Made by a program: the position numbers and the translations under genes
The notes under the pieces: model-generated
The model's input: only the letters and a program-made list of their open reading frames with translations
The model's database searches: none
Told to the model about the DNA's origin: nothing
Shown: piece by piece, positions 20,604-29,203 of the stretch
Layout of the letters: every line of letters starts with the position of its first letter
How positions within the stretch are numbered: position 1 is the first letter of the stretch
NCBI GenBank assembly: GCA_020353195.1
Contig: CP070691.1
Span: forward strand, 1,457,212-1,521,211
DNA length: 64,000 nt
Direction: 5' to 3'
Origin: Phycisphaerales bacterium
Lineage (GTDB): Bacteria > Planctomycetota > Phycisphaerae > UBA1845

Positions 20604-21725
20604 ATGGCCCCCTGCAATCGGATGTTGAGGATCCTGCATACGGTTCCGGGCCGGGCAATATGCGTTCAGCCGGACGGCACGCTATACGGTAGCCGGAAAT
20701 ACGCCGTCTACCGCAGCCACGATGACGGGAACGCCTGGACGAAGATCACCGCGGTACCGCGCGGCTTCACGCGGTGGATGGCGGAGCACTCGCGGATGGC
20801 GTGCCGCCTTCTTCGCCACGAGATCCGCGCATTTCGGGTGCTGTCGACCGGACGATACGTCGCCGCTAACCGGGAGTCGGTGTTCCACGCCCGCCCCGGC
20901 GAACCGACGATGACGCAGAGCCGGATTGAACAAGGCACCCAACCGGTCGCGCCGCCGATGTCCATCACCGTCGGGCCCGGCGACCGGGTTCTCTGGGGCG
21001 AATACACCGGCAGCGATCGGATACGCCGGGAGATCCGGATGTACGTCTCGGACGACGCAGGATGCACGTACAACGAGTTCCATCGGTTCGCGGCGGGTAG
21101 CATCCGGCACGTCCATAACCTCTACTACGACCGGGGGCTGGATCAATACTGGGTGCTCGTGGGTGACCACGATGAGGAGCCGGGCATCGGCCGGCTCTCA
21201 GCAGACCTTGAGCATTTCGAATGGGTCGTCAAGGGCAAGCAGATCTTTCGGGCGGTATGCGTCCTGGATTTCGGCGATCGTCTGGTGTATGGGACGGACA
21301 CCGAGATGGAACCCAACGCCGTGATGAGCCTCGACAAGAAGACCGGTCGGGTCGAGCGGATCTTCGAGACGAACGGAAGCTGCATCTACGCTTGCCGTTT
21401 CGGCGGCTGGTATGCGCTGACGACGACCGTGGAACCGTCGACAGTCAACCTGTCCCGGAACGCGACGCTGTGGCTGTCCCGTGACGGCGATCGATGGCTG
21501 GCGGCCTTTGAAGCGCCCATGGACCGCTGGAGCGGGAAGTATTTTCAGTTCAGTTCGTTGGTGCTGCCGTGCGACGGGAGCGATCGCGAGGTGATCGCGT
21601 TCAGCGGCCAGGCGGTACGCGACGTCGACGGCAAGCTCATCGTTGCCGAGCTGGCGGGACAGGGTGACGTGCTGGACCCGGCGCAGCACCACCGTCACCG
21701 CGGCGAGGGAAGCAAAGAAACCTGA
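20604..21725 (+). CDS. Hypothetical Asp-box (BNR)-repeat protein, probable beta-propeller
   Basis: In-frame ATG 20604 of track ORF 20511..21725. It has three Asp-box-like motifs: SHDDGNAW, SDDAGCTY and SRDGDRW. I see no signal peptide. Confidence 0.55.
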   Translation: MAPCNRMLRILHTVPGRAICVQPDGTLYGSRKYAVYRSHDDGNAWTKITAVPRGFTRWMAEHSRMACRLLRHEIRAFRVLSTGRYVAANRESVFHARPGEPTMTQSRIEQGTQPVAPPMSITVGPGDRVLWGEYTGSDRIRREIRMYVSDDAGCTYNEFHRFAAGSIRHVHNLYYDRGLDQYWVLVGDHDEEPGIGRLSADLEHFEWVVKGKQIFRAVCVLDFGDRLVYGTDTEMEPNAVMSLDKKTGRVERIFETNGSCIYACRFGGWYALTTTVEPSTVNLSRNATLWLSRDGDRWLAAFEAPMDRWSGKYFQFSSLVLPCDGSDREVIAFSGQAVRDVDGKLIVAELAGQGDVLDPAQHHRHRGEGSKET

Positions 21726-23758
21726 TGTCCGTCAGACACGGCCTGGGGTTGGTGCGGTCGTTCGGTCCAAAGTGGATGTTGTGGCGCATCGGGTACGCGC
21801 TGCGTAAGAAGAGCGGCCTGATGAAACGCAGATTCCCGACGGTCGCATTCGGTGACGTGCGACTGGCCGATCTCGTGCATGACGGCACGCCGACGATGGC
21901 CGACGACTACCGCGTCTTCCACGAGGCCGGTCCAGGGCGATTCTTCTTCGAGCCGGGGCGATTGCCCCCTGCCGATGTGTTGAAGAAGTTGGTTTCGCCG
22001 TGCGGAGCCAAACGCACACTTGCCGTCGCGGACGATTACTGCTGTGGGCGTTTTCTTTTCTACAGCAATCACGCGCACGATCTGGGGCAGCCGGTCAATT
22101 GGCTGCTGAATCCGTTCAACGGCGCCGTGCACGGTACTCGAACGCACTGGTGTGATTACCCCACGTTCGCGGCCGAAGCCGGCGACATCAAGGACGTCTG
22201 GGAGCCGTCGCGGTTCGCCTGCGCGTTCTGGCTGGCGCGCGCGTATGCGTTAACGGGCGATGAGAAGTACCCGGAAGCTTTCTGGGCGCTGTTTGAGTCG
22301 TGGTGTGCGCAGAACCCGCACAACATGGGCCCCAACTGGAAATGCGGACAGGAGACCGCTCTGCGGTCCATGGCGTGGTGTTTCGCCCTGTACGCCTTCT
22401 GGAACGCATCCGCCACCACCGCGGACCGGATCATCACCATGGTCAAGGTGCTTGCTCTTCAGGCGAGCCGCATCGCCGACAACATTGGCTACGCCGTCTC
22501 ACAGAAGAACAACCATGCTTTCAGCGAGGCGGCTGGGTTGCTCACAACCGCCTTGTTGTTCCCCGAACTGAAAGGGGCGACACGTTGGGCAGCCACTGGG
22601 CGCCGCGTGCTCGAGAGGGAGGTGCGCCGACAGGTGTACACGGACGGCGGTTACGTGCAGCAGTCCATGAACTATCACCGGGTCATGCTCCACGACTGCA
22701 TCTGGGCGATCCGCCTGGCGGAGTTGAACGGGCGATCTTTCTCGGCGGACCTGGTGAGGCGCGTAGCCTGTGCCGCCGAGTTTCTGTATGAGATGCTAGA
22801 TCCCCCAAGTGGTCGAGTGCCGAACTACGGGTACAACGACGGCGCGTTGGTGCTTCCACTCAGCCCGTGTGACTACCGGGATTATCGCGCGACGGTCCAG
22901 GCGGCGAGATATCTGGATGCAGGCGAGCGCGTTCTGCCTGCCGGGCCGTGGGACGAGATGCTGCTGTGGCTGTTCGGAACCGATGCACTTTCCAGGAAGC
23001 AGTCGACGATCGCGCCGACCTCGCGGCGATTCGACGTCGGCGGCTATTATACCCTGCGCGCGCGGGACAGCTGGTGCATGGTCCGCTGCTACACTTATGT
23101 CGACCGCCCCGCCCACGTAGATATGCTGCATCTGGACCTGTGGTACAAGGGTGTGAACGTCCTGGGCGATAGCGGAACGTACCGCTATTTCGCTCCTGAT
23201 GATCCACCGATCGAACGGTATTTCAAGGATATCGCGGCTCATAACACGATCGAGATTGACAACCGCGGCCCTTTGGAGCTGTTCGCCAGGTGGGTGTGGT
23301 CCCCGTGGCCGAAGGCCAGCTGCCTGGCACATGACGACGACCGCTGGCAGGGTGAACACTACGCCTATGCGAGACGGCCGTGGAACGTAGTGCATCGGCG
23401 TCACGTACGGTCGGCTGATGAACACAACTGGCTCGTGACCGACGATCTTCTGGGCGCAGGGCGACATGACGTGAAGATCCGCTGGCATCTGGCCGATGAG
23501 GCCGTTCGCCCGGATCCGGGCCGCCGCCGCATCGACATGGATGTACCGGGCGGACGCGTTAGCCTGACGGTCGAGACGCCGGACGGGTTCTCGATGGCGA
23601 TACACCGTGGCCGGCGCGATGGGGGCAACGTCGGCGGCTGGGAGTCCGCGTATTATGGCGCGTACACGCCGAGGCCGACGGTGGAGGTGGCCGGACTTTG
23701 CACACTGCCGGCGCGATTCGTGACTCGTATCTCTCTCCACGAGGCTACCGTTCCATGA
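21725..23758 (+). CDS. Heparinase II/III-like (alginate-lyase superfamily) protein
   Basis: 677 aa. It contains WEPSRFACAFWLARAYALTGDEKY...NWKCGQETALRSMAW and HVDMLHLDLWYKGVNVLGDSGTYRY, as in heparinase II/III family proteins. Its start overlaps the previous stop (TGATG), and its stop overlaps the next start (ATGA 23755-23758). Confidence 0.65.
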   Translation: MSVRHGLGLVRSFGPKWMLWRIGYALRKKSGLMKRRFPTVAFGDVRLADLVHDGTPTMADDYRVFHEAGPGRFFFEPGRLPPADVLKKLVSPCGAKRTLAVADDYCCGRFLFYSNHAHDLGQPVNWLLNPFNGAVHGTRTHWCDYPTFAAEAGDIKDVWEPSRFACAFWLARAYALTGDEKYPEAFWALFESWCAQNPHNMGPNWKCGQETALRSMAWCFALYAFWNASATTADRIITMVKVLALQASRIADNIGYAVSQKNNHAFSEAAGLLTTALLFPELKGATRWAATGRRVLEREVRRQVYTDGGYVQQSMNYHRVMLHDCIWAIRLAELNGRSFSADLVRRVACAAEFLYEMLDPPSGRVPNYGYNDGALVLPLSPCDYRDYRATVQAARYLDAGERVLPAGPWDEMLLWLFGTDALSRKQSTIAPTSRRFDVGGYYTLRARDSWCMVRCYTYVDRPAHVDMLHLDLWYKGVNVLGDSGTYRYFAPDDPPIERYFKDIAAHNTIEIDNRGPLELFARWVWSPWPKASCLAHDDDRWQGEHYAYARRPWNVVHRRHVRSADEHNWLVTDDLLGAGRHDVKIRWHLADEAVRPDPGRRRIDMDVPGGRVSLTVETPDGFSMAIHRGRRDGGNVGGWESAYYGAYTPRPTVEVAGLCTLPARFVTRISLHEATVP

Positions 23759-24972
23759 GATTGGTCTACATCCATCAGCATTTCGTCACCGGTGACGGCT
23801 TCGGCCCCAATCGCAGCTACGACGTGAGCAGATACCTGGTGAGAATGGGCCACGAGGTGATCATGATCTGCGGCATCTACTGGCAAAGTGGCCTCGAGAA
23901 GATGCCGTGGTGGCGCCTGTTCCGCGTCCAGTGGATTGATGGCATCAAGGTCGTCGTCTGCAACGTCCCTTACCACAACAAGATGCGCGTCCCCGCGAGA
24001 ATGTGGGCTTTCCTGAAATTCATGATCTTGGCGACCGTAGCGAGTTTGTGGCAGCGCAAGGTGGATCTCGTATTCGCTACGAGCACACCGACTACCGTCG
24101 GCGTCCCCGGTCGAGTGTCCGCAACACTCAAGCGGGTGCCTTATGTCTTTGAGGTGCGGGACCTGTGGCCCGAGGATCTTCTGGCCGCAGATCGAATCAA
24201 GCCGGGATTCGAGTACAAGGTCTGGGAATGGCTGGAGAGCTTCAGCTACAAGACCGCGCGGAAAATCCTCTTGGTCTCCCGAGGTTTTCACGATCGGCTG
24301 CTGGAACGTGGTTTCCCGCCCCAAATGCTCGAGACCATCGTGCTGGGCGCGGATGGCGCGCTGTTTGCCGATTTGAAACCCAATCACGACTACATCAGGG
24401 AACACGGACTGGATGGCAAAACCATCGCGGTGTACGCGGGATCGATCAGCGATGCCAACGGACTTTACCAGGTGATCGACGCCGCCGAGTACCTGCGGGA
24501 TCGCCCCGACATCGCCATCGTGCTGATCGGTGACGGCCGGTCGCGCGCCGGGCTTGAGGCCAAGGCCACGGAGAAGGGGCTGACGAACGTGTACTTCTTG
24601 GATCCTCTCCCGAAGAAAGATCTCGTCCATGTCATGGCCGCATGTCACATCGGGCTGATGATCCTCAAGCCGATTCGCCGGCCTCGGTGGGTCACGCCGA
24701 ACAAGATCTTCGACTACATGTTCACCGGGATCCCCAGTGTTGTGAACTACGCAGGCACCACGGCCGAGCTCGTTGAACAGGAAGATGTGGGACTGGCCGC
24801 CGAACCGCATTCGGCGGAGGATCTTGCGGCCAAGATCATCTACTGGGCCGATCATCCCGAGCAGCGCGCCTCCGTTGGGCGCCACGCACGCCGGACGGCA
24901 ATGAGTAAGTACGATCGCACGATCATTGCCCAGAGACTGTCCGACGTATTCCAACAGTGCCTGCAACCATGA
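23755..24972 (+). CDS. Glycosyltransferase family 4, WbuB-like
   Basis: In-frame ATG 23755 of track ORF 23698..24972. The N-terminus MRLVYIHQHFVTGDGFGPNRSYDVSRYLVRMGHEV is typical of WbuB-type GT4 enzymes. Confidence 0.75.
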   Translation: MRLVYIHQHFVTGDGFGPNRSYDVSRYLVRMGHEVIMICGIYWQSGLEKMPWWRLFRVQWIDGIKVVVCNVPYHNKMRVPARMWAFLKFMILATVASLWQRKVDLVFATSTPTTVGVPGRVSATLKRVPYVFEVRDLWPEDLLAADRIKPGFEYKVWEWLESFSYKTARKILLVSRGFHDRLLERGFPPQMLETIVLGADGALFADLKPNHDYIREHGLDGKTIAVYAGSISDANGLYQVIDAAEYLRDRPDIAIVLIGDGRSRAGLEAKATEKGLTNVYFLDPLPKKDLVHVMAACHIGLMILKPIRRPRWVTPNKIFDYMFTGIPSVVNYAGTTAELVEQEDVGLAAEPHSAEDLAAKIIYWADHPEQRASVGRHARRTAMSKYDRTIIAQRLSDVFQQCLQP

Positions 24973-25023
24973 CCGCTGGCTAACCGAATCTCCATCTCCA
25001 CGCCCGAGACAGTCTTGAACAAA

Positions 25024-26103
25024 ATGCCCATGGCCAGGCAGTACTGGACAAATCGATTGGCGCGCCCGGAGGACACGTTGGCCATTCTGGATCTGGTAAA
25101 GACGGTTTACGCCGACCGGTCGAGCCTGACTCGAGACTACTGGGAATGGCGCTACCACAGCGCGACGGAGTTCCGCGCCGACACTGTCGTGGCCGAGCAC
25201 CAGGGGCGCCCCATCGGGATCCAGCCCGTCGCGATTTTCGACTTCCAGCAAGGGAAAGACCGGCTCAAAGGAGCCATGTACACCGGTGCGCTTACGCATC
25301 CGGCCCACCGCCGGCACGGCGTCTTTCGCTCTGTTGTCACCGGCGCCAATGAACATGCCGCTAAACGTGGCGCGCAGTTCAGCATGACGATGCCGAATGA
25401 CGAGTCGCTGCCGGGATTCATCCGCTTCGGCGAATGGGAGTCCCCGGGGCTCATCCCGTTGTATCTGAAGGTCGCGGATGGCCCGGCGATGCTCAGGTCC
25501 AGAATGGGCCGAGTGGCCGCAGCGCTGACGGGAGGGTTGCCACAATTGCCGTTCCGGGGCCGGCGCGACGCGGGACGCAGTCCCCTTCTGGATTGCGAGC
25601 AGGTCCCTTGCGCGCCGGACGACTTGGACGACGCGTTCGACGCGTTCGCCCGCGACGCCGAGGCGCTGATGATCCGTCGGACAGCCGCATATTGGAACTG
25701 GCGCTATGCGGCCCGCCCCGGCGCGCCCTACCGCATGCTGGTCGCGCGACGCGGGGGGCGCATGGTGGGCGCGGCGGTAACGTCGGTGCAGAGGCGCATG
25801 GGATTGGACGTCGGAATCGTGCTCGACCTGGTGGCCCGGGGCGGAGTCCTGAGCCTGCGGTGCCTCTTGCGAGAAGCGGAAAGGACACTCGTTTCGCGCG
25901 GCGTCGGCCTGGTCGCTTGCCAGGCTACCAGTTCCATCCTGCGCCGTGCCCTGCGGGACGCCGGCTTCTTGTGCCCAAAGCCGGCCTGGTTGCCCAAACG
26001 GTTTCATTTCGTGTACCGCACGACGGGGGTCCCCGGGCTTCGTGCCCGACCAGGCGAACTGGGAGACTGGCACCTGACTCTCGGCGACTCGGATAACGTA
26101 TGA
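25024..26103 (+). CDS. Large GNAT-type acyl/acetyltransferase (~360 aa, possibly FemAB-like)
   Basis: Track ORF 25015..26103 (TTG). ATG codons are at 25024 and 25030. It has the acetyl-CoA-site-like motif HPAHRRHGVFRSVV. Confidence 0.6.
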   Translation: MPMARQYWTNRLARPEDTLAILDLVKTVYADRSSLTRDYWEWRYHSATEFRADTVVAEHQGRPIGIQPVAIFDFQQGKDRLKGAMYTGALTHPAHRRHGVFRSVVTGANEHAAKRGAQFSMTMPNDESLPGFIRFGEWESPGLIPLYLKVADGPAMLRSRMGRVAAALTGGLPQLPFRGRRDAGRSPLLDCEQVPCAPDDLDDAFDAFARDAEALMIRRTAAYWNWRYAARPGAPYRMLVARRGGRMVGAAVTSVQRRMGLDVGIVLDLVARGGVLSLRCLLREAERTLVSRGVGLVACQATSSILRRALRDAGFLCPKPAWLPKRFHFVYRTTGVPGLRARPGELGDWHLTLGDSDNV

Positions 26104-26978
26104 TCCATGCGCTGACAATCGATGTTGAGGACAATCACCGCATCGTTGCCCGAAACCTGCTGGGGCGCGACGGCCCGCCCACCCAAGCGGTTGTCGAGAA
26201 CACCACCCGGCTGTTGGAACACCTTCGAAAGCGCGGCGTACGCGCCACATTCTTCGCGCTGGGGGAGGTGGCGGCGACGTTCCCCGGACTCATTCGAGCC
26301 ATCTCCGAAGACGGCCATGAACTCGGTGTCCACGGGTACCATCATCAGGAAGTGCACAAGCTCGATGTTCGGGCTTTCCGCAGAGAGGTCATCGACGCCA
26401 AAACCCTGATCGAGGATACCTCCGGAACTCGCGTCCGGGGGCATCGCGCTCCGACGTTCTCCATCACCCCGGATACGCGTTGGGCCCTCGATGTACTGGC
26501 CGAGGCGGGCTTCGCCTATGATTCCAGCATCTTCCCCATACGAAGTCGGCGGTACGGCTGGCCCGGACTGCCGCTCGATATTCACGAGATGCACCTGAAC
26601 GGAGACCGGCGCATCATCGAAGCGCCCTTGTCGGTGGTGACCATCCTGGGGAAACGTCTGCCTGCCTGCGGCGGCGGGTATCTGCGCCACTTTCCGTACC
26701 GGTACACGGATTGGGCGATGCGGCGTATCCAGCGCACTCGCCCGGTCATCGTCTATCTGCACCCGTACGATATCGATACCGTGCCGCCCCCGGGCTGGCT
26801 CCAGGAGGCGCTCGCCGCCGCCGGCGGTCCGACGAAGCGCTACCTCGCCCTTCAGCAGCGGAATCGCCACACTGTCGAGTCGAAACTGCTCCGCCTTCTG
26901 GAGAGCTTCCGGTTCGCTCCCTTGCGTGACGTTATTGAGCAGACGATAGGGTCCGGGCCCCGCGGCGAGCCGTCGTGA
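26100..26978 (+). CDS. Polysaccharide deacetylase (DUF3473 / PEP-CTERM-locus type)
   Basis: 292 aa with HALTIDVEDNH and HELGVHGYHH. Its start overlaps the previous stop (ATGA 26100-26103). Confidence 0.8.
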   Translation: MIHALTIDVEDNHRIVARNLLGRDGPPTQAVVENTTRLLEHLRKRGVRATFFALGEVAATFPGLIRAISEDGHELGVHGYHHQEVHKLDVRAFRREVIDAKTLIEDTSGTRVRGHRAPTFSITPDTRWALDVLAEAGFAYDSSIFPIRSRRYGWPGLPLDIHEMHLNGDRRIIEAPLSVVTILGKRLPACGGGYLRHFPYRYTDWAMRRIQRTRPVIVYLHPYDIDTVPPPGWLQEALAAAGGPTKRYLALQQRNRHTVESKLLRLLESFRFAPLRDVIEQTIGSGPRGEPS

Positions 26979-27139
26979 GGCGGTCCCCTGTCGGCGGGCG
27001 ACAATGAGATATCGGTGGCGCGCGATTTGTGTAAGTTGCGGCTGTGTGAACCGGAAACCAGGATGTGAGTCGGCTGCAAGGTCAGGATGCACATCCCGAC
27101 CATCCAGGAGCCGGAGCCTTGCCCGTGAGCGACCAGCCT

Positions 27140-27793
27140 ATGTCGTCCAGCCGTCAGCGCTGCGGCGCAGACAAGCAGCAGTCCGAAGATGTGGCGATCA
27201 CGGCTCTCCGCGCCGAGCACACGAATGCTGTCGTCGATCTGCACATGCAGGCGTTCCCGGATTTCTTCTTGACGTTTCTCGGGCGTTCGTTCCTGCGGCA
27301 GATGTATCTGTGCCACCGGGATGACCCCGCGACAATCGCGCTGGTCGCCTCCCGGAAAACGGATGACGAAATCCTCGGCGCCGTAATCGGCCCCCTTCAG
27401 GCAACCAGCTTCTACAAGCGGATCCTGGTCAGGCGATGGTGGCGATTCGCGCTGGCGGCACTGGGGGCTGTGCTTCGCAGACCGTCCGTTGTTCCTCGGC
27501 TTCTTCGGGCCGTACGCTACCGGGGAGACGCGCCGGGCGGCGAGACAGACAGGGCGCTGCTCGCCTCGATCGCCGTCAGCCCGGCGGCGCAGGGCATGGG
27601 CGTGGGCAAGTTGTTGACCACGGCTTTCCTAGCCAAGGTCAGGGAGGCGGGGCTTCCCGGGGCATATCTGACCACGGATGCCGAGAACAACGACGCGGTG
27701 AACGCGTTCTACCGGCGCCAGGGGTGGAAGGTGGAGAGCCGCTTCACCACACCCGAGAAACGCAAGATGCTCCGCTACATCTATGATTTCTGA
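27140..27793 (+). CDS. GNAT family N-acetyltransferase
   Basis: In-frame ATG 27140 of track ORF 27065..27793. It has the motif A sequence IAVSPAAQGMGVGKLL. Confidence 0.7.
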   Translation: MSSSRQRCGADKQQSEDVAITALRAEHTNAVVDLHMQAFPDFFLTFLGRSFLRQMYLCHRDDPATIALVASRKTDDEILGAVIGPLQATSFYKRILVRRWWRFALAALGAVLRRPSVVPRLLRAVRYRGDAPGGETDRALLASIAVSPAAQGMGVGKLLTTAFLAKVREAGLPGAYLTTDAENNDAVNAFYRRQGWKVESRFTTPEKRKMLRYIYDF

Positions 27794-27804
27794 GGCTGGC
27801 TCGG

Positions 27805-28974
27805 ATGAAGTCTCGAGTCCTTGAACGATACGAACGCGCGTTCGCCGCCCGACTCGGCGTCAAGGGAGCATTTGCGTTCTGGAAGGGACGGGTGGCCGCA
27901 TATGCAATTCTCAAAGCCCTCGGTGTTGGCGAGGGTGACGAGGTTGTGGTCCCGGGATACACCTGCGTGATGGCCGTCAACCCGATCGTATACCTCGGAG
28001 CCAAACCCGTCTTCGTGGACATCGAACCGGTCACATACAACATCGACGTAGCCCTCCTTGCCAGGAGCATCACGCCCAGGACCAAATGCATAATGGCCCA
28101 ACACACTTACGGATACCCGGCCGACATGGACGCCATCATGGATATCGCTGACGGCAAAGGGTTGCCCGTGGTCGAGGACTGCTGCTTGGCGTTGGGTTCG
28201 GAGTACAACCGTCGCCTGGTGGGTACATTCGGCGCGGCGGCGTATTTCTCCTTCCAGTGGAACAAACCCTACACCAGCGGCCTCGGCGGAATGGCCGTGA
28301 CCGGCAACCCGGAACTGGGGTCGCGGATCGAAGCGCTCCAGCGGGAGTCGATCATCCCCGGCACCAAGGAAGTGATGATGCTCGCCGCGCAGTTGGCGGT
28401 CTACCGGACCCTGGTGTATCCACGCACGACCGCCCTGGCGCAAAACATCTTCCGCTCCCTGGGTAAAGCAGGCTTGGTTGTTGGCTCGTCCAGCAGCGGA
28501 GAATTCGTGCCGGTCATGCCGGACGGTTTCTTCAAGCGTATGAGTGAGTTGCAGGCGCGCTCCGGACGGCGCCAACTGCAAGCTCTGAGCCGGAACATCG
28601 CCCATCGACGGCGACTGGCCCGCCTGTACGACGATCGACTGCGCGAACTCGGGTGGCCCGTCCCGCGGCTGTCGTCGAAGGCAGACCCTGCCCTGGTTCG
28701 CTACCCCGTCCGGGTGGTGGATAAGCAGCGCGCCCTGGCCACCGCGGCAAAGCGCTTCGTCGAGCTGGGCAGCTGGTTTGAATGCCCGCTTCATCCGATC
28801 GAGACCCCGATGGACGCGTACGGGTACCACACCGGCATGTGTCCGGAAGCGGACAAAGCGAGCCGCGAAGTCGTCAATCTGCCGCTTCATCCGCGGGCTG
28901 ACGAAGGCACGGTTCGCCGATCGGTCCACTTCATTGCCGGGATCGGACCACCCGCTCCGGCAGGCGGATCGTAA
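27805..28974 (+). CDS. DegT/DnrJ/EryC1/StrS PLP-dependent aminotransferase (second copy)
   Basis: 389 aa with GDEVVVPGYTCV and the PLP-lysine region FSFQWNKPYTSGLGG. Confidence 0.85.
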   Translation: MKSRVLERYERAFAARLGVKGAFAFWKGRVAAYAILKALGVGEGDEVVVPGYTCVMAVNPIVYLGAKPVFVDIEPVTYNIDVALLARSITPRTKCIMAQHTYGYPADMDAIMDIADGKGLPVVEDCCLALGSEYNRRLVGTFGAAAYFSFQWNKPYTSGLGGMAVTGNPELGSRIEALQRESIIPGTKEVMMLAAQLAVYRTLVYPRTTALAQNIFRSLGKAGLVVGSSSSGEFVPVMPDGFFKRMSELQARSGRRQLQALSRNIAHRRRLARLYDDRLRELGWPVPRLSSKADPALVRYPVRVVDKQRALATAAKRFVELGSWFECPLHPIETPMDAYGYHTGMCPEADKASREVVNLPLHPRADEGTVRRSVHFIAGIGPPAPAGGS

Positions 28975-29203
28975 CACCCCAACGCTCCGACTCACCCCGG
29001 GACCCCGCGCAGCGGTCGATTCCGCTCTCCACGTACGCTCGCACATACCTTCCAGCGGCTTGCCGGAGCGTCCTGAGCCGCTCTTCCCGGCACGCCAACG
29101 CCACTTCCAGCCTTCATTCTGATCCTCATCGCGCTACCTGCGCCATCCCACCGTCACTTGTTCCTTGACTTGGCGTGCCCCATCTTGGGACAATACGGCT
29201 TGT

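Noticed and set aside
23653-26250. Very long antisense ORFs opposite well-supported genes. Examples: 23653..26250 (865 aa), 58305..61127 (940 aa), 55701..58013 (770 aa), 30615..32372 and 32891..34558 (opposite both groEL genes), 13754..14986, 11173..12297, 26004..27092, 27781..29046, 29126..30061, 34249..35844, 37171..38454 and 41311..42552.
   Set aside because: Their products are Arg/Pro/Gly/Ala-rich and low in complexity. They lack any motif I recognise, and they lie opposite genes with clear family signatures. Strong G/C at third codon positions removes stop codons on the complementary strand, so these are shadow ORFs.
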